A stretch of 64,000 nt of DNA from the human T2T-CHM13v2.0 reference genome, Homo sapiens: the NCBI RefSeq assembly GCF_009914755.1, contig NC_060932.1, one strand, 5' to 3'. This document shows positions 55,021 through 64,000 of the stretch, piece by piece; position 1 is the first letter of the stretch; every line of letters starts with the position of its first letter. The notes below the pieces were generated by a model that was not told the DNA's origin, made no database searches, and was given only the letters and a program-made list of their open reading frames with translations. The translations under genes and the position numbers were made by a program.

Positions 55021-56014
55021 TTTAAGTATAACTTAAGCAGGCAGGATTATAAAGACAAGTGCCACTTCATCCTCAACATTTCAACAAGTATTTCTTGAGA
55101 ATTCTGTCACTACCACAGTATGACCTGCTATCTGGACATCTGTAAAGAACAGGCATCGTCTGCCCAAATCTGTGCAGCAGAGGCTGGACAGAATGAGAAG
55201 AACTTGGCAGCACTTGCTGTTCTTGGTGATCCTGCTGAAATCTACACTGAGCAATTGCACTTTTTACTCGGGATAAACACCAGACACCAAAACAAGAAGG
55301 GGAGAAGCCGTGGGGTAACTCTTTACCTTGAAAACTGCTTTACAATGGGAGAAACACCATATTCTTTTGAACAACTACTTTAAATTGTCCTTTTATTTTA
55401 CTAAGGTATAATTTATGAAAATTAAAATCCTGCACATTTTACTGTACAATTCCTGAAGTTTTGACAAGCATATGGTCATGCTAACACCACCATGATAATG
55501 ATATAGACAGTTCCACAACCGCAAATCACCCTATGCTCCTCTGCAGTCACTCTCTCCACGGGCAGCCCCTGATCTGTTTCTATGGTTCTGTTTCCCAGGA
55601 ATATCATAAACATATAAATAAAATCACACAGCATGTCCCTTTCGAATCTGGTTTCCCTCATGAGGCACGATGCCTCTGAGATTCATCCATGTTGTTGGAA
55701 TGTCAGTCCTTTGTTCCTTTTCATTGCTGAGTTGTATTCCACTGTAAGTATGTGCCACAGTTAAGGGGAAGTTAAGGGACAGTTAAAGGATGTGAGTTGT
55801 TTCCAATTGTTGGTGGTTATGAAGAAAGCCAGTATAAATACCCATTAATTTAATGTGAATTTGGGTTAACACCCAAGAGTGGGATGGCTGGGTTATACAG
55901 TAGTATATATTACAATGTAGAGATCTATACCTACTATTTAGCTTTCTAAAGGACACTGGACCCACGTCTCACACCATAAACAAAAACTCTAACTCCTAGA
56001 GGAAAAACCCCTAA

Positions 56015-56458
<444 letters not shown>

Positions 56459-56646
56459 TAAGACACCATCAAGAAAGTGAAAAGACAACCCACAGAATGG
56501 AAAAAAATATCTGTAAAGCATGTATCTCACAATGGCCTTGTATCCAGAATAAAGAATTCTTACAGCTCTGTAATAAAAGCACAAAACAATTTTTTAAATG
56601 GACAAAGGATTTCAATACACATTTTGCCAAATGAAATATACAGATG

Positions 56647-56965
56647 GACCGGATGTGGTGGTTCACACCTATAATTCCAGCACTTTGAAAGGCCACGGCA
56701 GGAGGATTACTTGAGGCCAGGAGTTCAAGGTCAGCCTGGGCAACAGAGTAAGACCCTGCCTCTATAAAAAATTAAAATATTACCCAGGTACCGTGGCACA
56801 CCTGTTGCCCTAGCTACTCAGGAGGCTGAGAAGGGAGGATTGCATGACCCTAAGAGCTTGAGGCTGCAATGAGTTATGATAGCATCACTGCACTCAAGCC
56901 CAGGAAACAGAGTGAGACCCTGTTTCTACAGTAAAAAAATAAAATAAAAATAAAATAAAATATAA
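56647..56965 (+). mobile_element. AluJ
   Basis: Diverged sense Alu with (AAAAT)n tail. Confidence 0.88.
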
Positions 56966-57538
56966 AATGGCCAATCAGCACATAAAAAGATGTTCAACAT
57001 CATTAGTCATTAGGGAAATGCAAATCAAAATCACAGTAACACTTCACATCCACCAGAATGGCTAAAATCAGTGTTGGCAAGGGTGTGGGGAAAGCAGAAC
57101 CTTCCTAAGTTGCTGGTGAGAATGTAAATTAATGTAGCTGCTTTGCAAAATAGTATGACAATTCCTCAAAAAGTTAACCACAGAACTACCATATGATGTA
57201 GCAATTCTACTCCTAGGTATATACCTAAGAGAAATGAAAACACATGTCCACACAAAAACTTGTATAGGTATGTTAATAGCAGTATTATTCACAACAGCCA
57301 AAAAGTGGAAAAACCCAAATATCCATCAACTGATACATGAAAAGTGTATGGCCATACAATAGAATTTTTTTTTTTACTATAAGCACTTAATGCTCTTTAT
57401 TTCCCTATAAGCACTGCTATAGCTGCATCCCATGAATTTTGATACACTGTGCTTTCACTTTCATTTAATGCAACAATGTTTTTACCTCCCTGTGATTTCC
57501 TCCTTGAACCATAGGTTACTTAAAGGTATTTAATTTCA

Positions 57539-57840
57539 GGCTGGGTGTGGTGGCTCACATCTGTAATCCTAGCACTCTGGGAAGCTGAGGTAGGCAGATC
57601 ACTTGAGCCTAGGGGTTCAAGACCAGACTGGGCAACACTGCAAAATCCCATCTCTACAAAAAAATACAAACATTAGCCAGGCATGGTGACACACACCTGT
57701 AGTCCTAGCTACTGGGGAGGCTGAGATAGGAGGATCGCCTGTGCCCAGGGAGGTCAAGGCTGCAGTGAGCTGTGATCATGCCACTGCACTCCAGCCTATA
57801 CAGTGAGACTCTGTCTCAAAAAATACATAAATAAAATAAT
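57539..57840 (+). mobile_element. AluJ
   Basis: Dimeric sense Alu. Confidence 0.9.
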
Positions 57841-57929
57841 TTCCAAATGGACAGTCTCCAAATATAGCTACTAGCTCTGTTATTGATTTCTAGCCTAATT
57901 CCATTACGGCTCACACACATCGTTCACGT

Positions 57930-58262
57930 ATAGTCAGCCTTTGGTATCCATGGGGGATTGGTTCCAGGACTCATACAGATACCAAAATCTACAGATGCTC
58001 AAGTCTCTGATATCAAATGGTATAGTATCTACATATAACCTATGCCTATCCTCCCATGCACTTTAAATAATCTCTGGATTACTTACAATGCCTGGTACAA
58101 TTTAAACACCATGTAAATAGTTATACTGTATTGTTTAGGGAATAATGACAAGGAAAACGTCTGTATGTGTTTAATAAAGACAAAATTTTTTTCCAAATAT
58201 TTTCAGTCTATAGTTGGTTGAATCCACAGATGCAGAACCAAAAGACATGGAGGGCCAATGAT
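57930..58262. mobile_element. MER2 (TcMar-Tigger) element
   Basis: gtatccatgggggattggttccaggac...gatgctcaagtc...ggttgaatccacagatgcagaacc..atggagggcc. Confidence 0.8.
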
Positions 58263-58361
58263 ACTTTCAATTCTTTCAAATACAATTAAAGCTTGTTTTG
58301 TGGGCCAGAATACCATCCATCTTGGTGAATATTCCAGATGAACTTGAAAACATACACACAG

Positions 58362-58704
<343 letters not shown>

Positions 58705-58944
58705 TTAGGTCAAATTAGTTGATGGTGCTCTTCCGGACTTCTATATCATAATTTTCCATCTATCTGTTCAATCAACTACTGAAAGAGGAATGCTGTAGTC
58801 TAACTGTGGATGTATGTATTTCTCCTTTTAGTTTCATCCATTTTTAATTCATGTATTTGGAAGGCCTGTTGTTAGATATATAGGTATTTAGGACTATTAT
58901 GTACTCTTGGAGAATTGATACTTTTACCATTATGTAACGTCCTT

Positions 58945-60316
<1,372 letters not shown>

Positions 60317-60989
60317 GTATATACTAGAGTCTTGCTTTTGCACCCAAGCTGAAAAATAGTGTGTTTAGACCATTTACATTTAACACAATGATTAATGTAG
60401 TTGGAATAAAGGCTATAATCTTCACCACTGTCTCTATCTGTTCCATCTGCTCCTTGTGTTTTCCTTCTGTCTCCGTGTTCATTTAGATTAGCTGGATACA
60501 TTTGTATGATTCCATTTTATCTCCACTATTGGCTTATTACATTTTTTTCAAAAAATGTTTTTAGTGGTTGACCTAGGTTTACAACATACATATTTAATTA
60601 ATCAGAGCCTAGCTTAGAGTAAGTCATAGCATTTCATATGTCATGTAAAGACATTAAAACAGTATACTAGACCAATTATTGATCCCTTCTGACCTTTAAG
60701 CTAATTTGTCATAAATTTTATTTCCCATAACACGCCCTAAACACAAAATATATTGTTAATATTTTTGATTTATGGTCATCTTTCAGAGAAATTAGAAAAA
60801 TATTTTTAAATAATAAAAACTCTATCTCCTAGAAACGTATTTGTATAGATCCAAATGTCTAATGTCATACCTCTTCTTCCTGAACAACTTCCTTTAATAT
60901 TTCCAGTAGTGCAGGTCTGATGGCAATGAATTCTCTCCATTTCTGTTTCTCTGAGAGAGCATTTGTCCTTCATTTCTGAAAGATTATTT

Positions 60990-61345
60990 TTGCTGGATGC
61001 AGTTGCTCACACCCGTAATCCTAACACTTTGGGAGGCTGAGAAGGGCAGACTGCTTGAGCCCAAGAGTTCAAAACCAGCCTTGGCAACATGGTGAAACCC
61101 CATCTCTACTAGAAATACAAAAAAATTAGCTAGATGTAGTGGCATGTACCTGCAGTCCTAGCTACTCAGGAGGCTGAGATGGGAGGATGAATTGAGCCCT
61201 GGAGGCAGAGGTTGTAGTGAGCCAAGATTGCACCACTGCACTCTCGCCTGGGCCACAGAGTCAGACAAGAAAAAAGAAAAGAAAGGAAAGGAAAAGGGGA
61301 AGGGGAAGGAAAAGAAAAAAGAAAAGAAGAGAAAAGAAAAGAAAA
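60990..61345 (+). mobile_element. AluJ with purine-rich (GAAAA)n tail
   Basis: aaagattattttt(t)gctg repeated on both flanks. Confidence 0.88.
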
Positions 61346-61994
61346 GATTATTTTTGCTGTGTACGGAATTCTGGGTTGAAAGGATTTTCTCCCTTTTGGC
61401 CATTTAAAGATGTGCTGCATTATCTTTCAGTCTGCATGGGTTCTAATAAGAACTCTGCATTCTTTTTTTCCTCTGGAATTAGTCTCTTTCCTCTGACTGC
61501 CTTCAATATTTTCCATCTTTCATATTCTGCAATTTGAATATGATATGCCTCGGTGTTTTTCTGTCATTTGCCTGGTTTGGGGGATGATCTATTGGTGTTC
61601 TCTGAGCTTCACAGATCTTTGGTGTCCATCATTAATTTTAGAAAATTCTTGGTCATTACATCTTCAAGTATTTCTTCTGCCCCGTTTTCTTTCTTTTCCT
61701 TCTCAGACTTTACAAATTCAGACCACTTGATATTGTCTCACAGCTTATGGGTTCTCTGCCCTATTTTTTTCACACTTCAGCTGTATTCAAGTTCACAGAC
61801 TCCTTCTTTGGCTACACCAAGTTTAATAATGAGCTTGTTGAAGACATTTTTCACCTATGTTACTGTCATTTTCATTTTTAGCATTTATTTTATTTTCTTA
61901 CAGTGTCTATCTCTCTGCTGAAATATCCTACCTGACCATACAAGTTGCCTGCCTTTTCTACTAGAGATTTTAACATACTGAACAGTTATTTTAG

Positions 61995-62098
61995 ATTCCA
62001 TGTCTGGTAGTTCCAAAGAATTTGGTCTTAAAAATGTCCTGTCTCAATTCCATGTCTGGTAGTTCCAAAGAATTTGGTCTTAAAAGTGTCCTGTCTCA
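61995..62098. repeat. 52-bp tandem duplication, one mismatch
   Basis: attccatgtctggtagttccaaagaatttggtcttaaaa(a/g)tgtcctgtctca x2. Confidence 0.92.
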
Positions 62099-64000
62099 AT
62101 AGTGTGTTGTTCTTCCTTCCTTCTTTTTATGCCTCAAAACTTTTTTGAAAGCAGGATATCCTTTGTAAGACAGCTAAGACTGAGGTAAATAGTTTTTATG
62201 CCTGGGAAATGGGCCCGCCTTTCCTTCTGCCAGATCTTTAGTGTGTGGAGGTTGAGTCAATCTATTGTCAGAACAGAAGCGTGGTTTGGAATTTGTTGCT
62301 GCCATGGTTACCCACAATGTACCACCAGCTTCGAACTGTGTTAGGGTAGTGGCTGGTTTGCCAGAGGATGTTTTCCTCAGTGTCTGTTCGACCTTCAGCT
62401 TTTTTGGTCTTCCTTTTACGCTGCATCTGAGCTGGTCTGCCTCCACGTTCTTGCGCCTTACACCGATCTCCAGTGTCACCTGTCAGTCCACAGCTGTTAG
62501 CCTCGTATGGGTGGGAAGATTCTCTGACATTAGGATTAAGCCTTGGTCTTGGGCAAACACTGTCTTCCTTGGTGACTGGGGTGTGGCCTTCTCAGTGCTC
62601 CTGCCCTTTCTCCTCCACTAAAGTTCTGGGCCTAGCACATATTCCTGTCCCTCGCCAAGGACGAAAGACTTTTTTTCTGTTCTCTTTCCACAGTGGTTTA
62701 AGGCTCTTATCTCATAGGAGCAAAGAAGGGAAGAAGGACTCAGACAGGGCTTCGTGTCTTTCCAAAAGGATCTACTGTCCCTCTCCTCCAGGGGGAACAG
62801 TAAGGGACACTTTCTCAGTACCCACACCCTTGCCTCAATCTTTTTTGTAAGCATCCAATGAAATCTGTGGAGAAGAGCCTGTGAGTGGATACAAACTCCC
62901 CCTGTGTCTGCAGCCCCCCAGGCGATCTCTGTTTTCTTGCTGGTCCACACTAAGTTCATTAAATTTTAACTGAATTCTCCTGCGGGATGTTCACTTTGTC
63001 TGTCTCAGGTAAACAAGTGCTCAGGTCTTACCTTTCCAAGGGGGTGCCTGTCTCTCCTTACAGTTTGGGTTGGGAGGTTGTCCTGCAACCTCAGCTCACT
63101 GATGAATTCAAGAAGATATCAGCATGCAGACTTCTGGGGTTTGTTGTTGCTGTCAAGGTAGGAACGATGCTCTCTCTAGCTTTCTCCATTCTAAGTAGAA
63201 GCTAAAAGTCCCCAACTATCTGCTTTTCAGCCAAACTTTAAAGGCTGTTTAATGAATGTGGCTAGCTTTGCTCACTATAGGCATATATGAAAGAAAATAA
63301 TTTCAGGTCAAACTTCCAACTCAGCAACAAAAATATCTCTGTAATCCCAATAAAGCATGCAAAATTACTGTTTTAAAATGTAGGCAATAGCCAGAATTTT
63401 ACATGTCAAACTTATTATTATAGCTGTTAAAGAAACTATATCCTACCAAAGAATAGTTCTGGTATTTTGATCATCAATTTGTTAAGTTCTAATTTATCAA
63501 CATGTGAAAACTGTATCCATTTCTTTAGAATATGTATTACATATCTGTCCAACAAGTCAACTGTGTACTTCTCTTTGTATAACAATAAAGGCAAAATGGG
63601 AAAGAAGTACATAGGAAAAACATACCTTTTACTCACTGGTTAATTTCATTCAATACACTTTCTACCACTGCAAAATTTCAGTTCCTTGAAAACAGAAATT
63701 TCTTTGCCTTTCTACCTGATATGCAAAGAAGCTTACATACTGCGGACCTCTTATGACACAATCGCAGAGGTAATATTACCTACTTAAATAGTGGCAGCAA
63801 TGGTCTGGAAAGCTGATCTGTATATTACTGTATAGAAAGAACACACAACACTATAAATTTTCATGGCACAATAGAACTGAAAGTACACTTTAAAATTTTT
63901 AATTTAACTAGTTCCTTTTGTTTAAAGTCACTTGAGCTATTTTCAGAGAAAAACCCTGAATAAAAACTCTTCAATTTTTTTCAATAAAACATTTATACTT

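Noticed and set aside
55120-55383. Unique-looking stretch with an 87-aa ORF between repeats in the GTF2E2 intron
   Set aside because: Does not match TFIIE-beta on the minus strand and shows no consistent splice-site pair

Overview
This is primate (almost certainly human, 8p12 from memory) genomic DNA, not prokaryotic, so the ORF track is mostly noise from Alu and L1 repeats. The window holds the 3' ends of two convergent genes. On the + strand is RBPMS, a CAC-binding RRM splicing regulator. Its features are a 131-nt constitutive coding exon (9935-10065), several alternative C-terminal exons or read-throughs (10066-10212, 12733-12864, 14941-15026, 24328-24397), a non-coding 104-nt 3'UTR exon (31700-31803) and a terminal exon (36082-~37700) with tandem poly(A) signals. 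On the - strand is GTF2E2 (TFIIE-beta), with its last two coding exons (45727-45842, 44367-44483), its 3'UTR to ~43762, and a long Alu/L1-packed intron filling the rest of the window. The most interesting signal is a set of CAC clusters (the motif RBPMS itself binds) and QKI-type ACUAAC/UAAC elements at RBPMS's own 3' splicing decision points. Two clusters lie over the acceptors of candidate stop-containing cassette exons (13720-13865, 22099-22239). Together these suggest an autoregulatory splicing/NMD circuit. That is inference from motifs read by eye and is untested. Gene identities come from recognising the translated peptides, and repeat boundaries and subfamilies are approximate.
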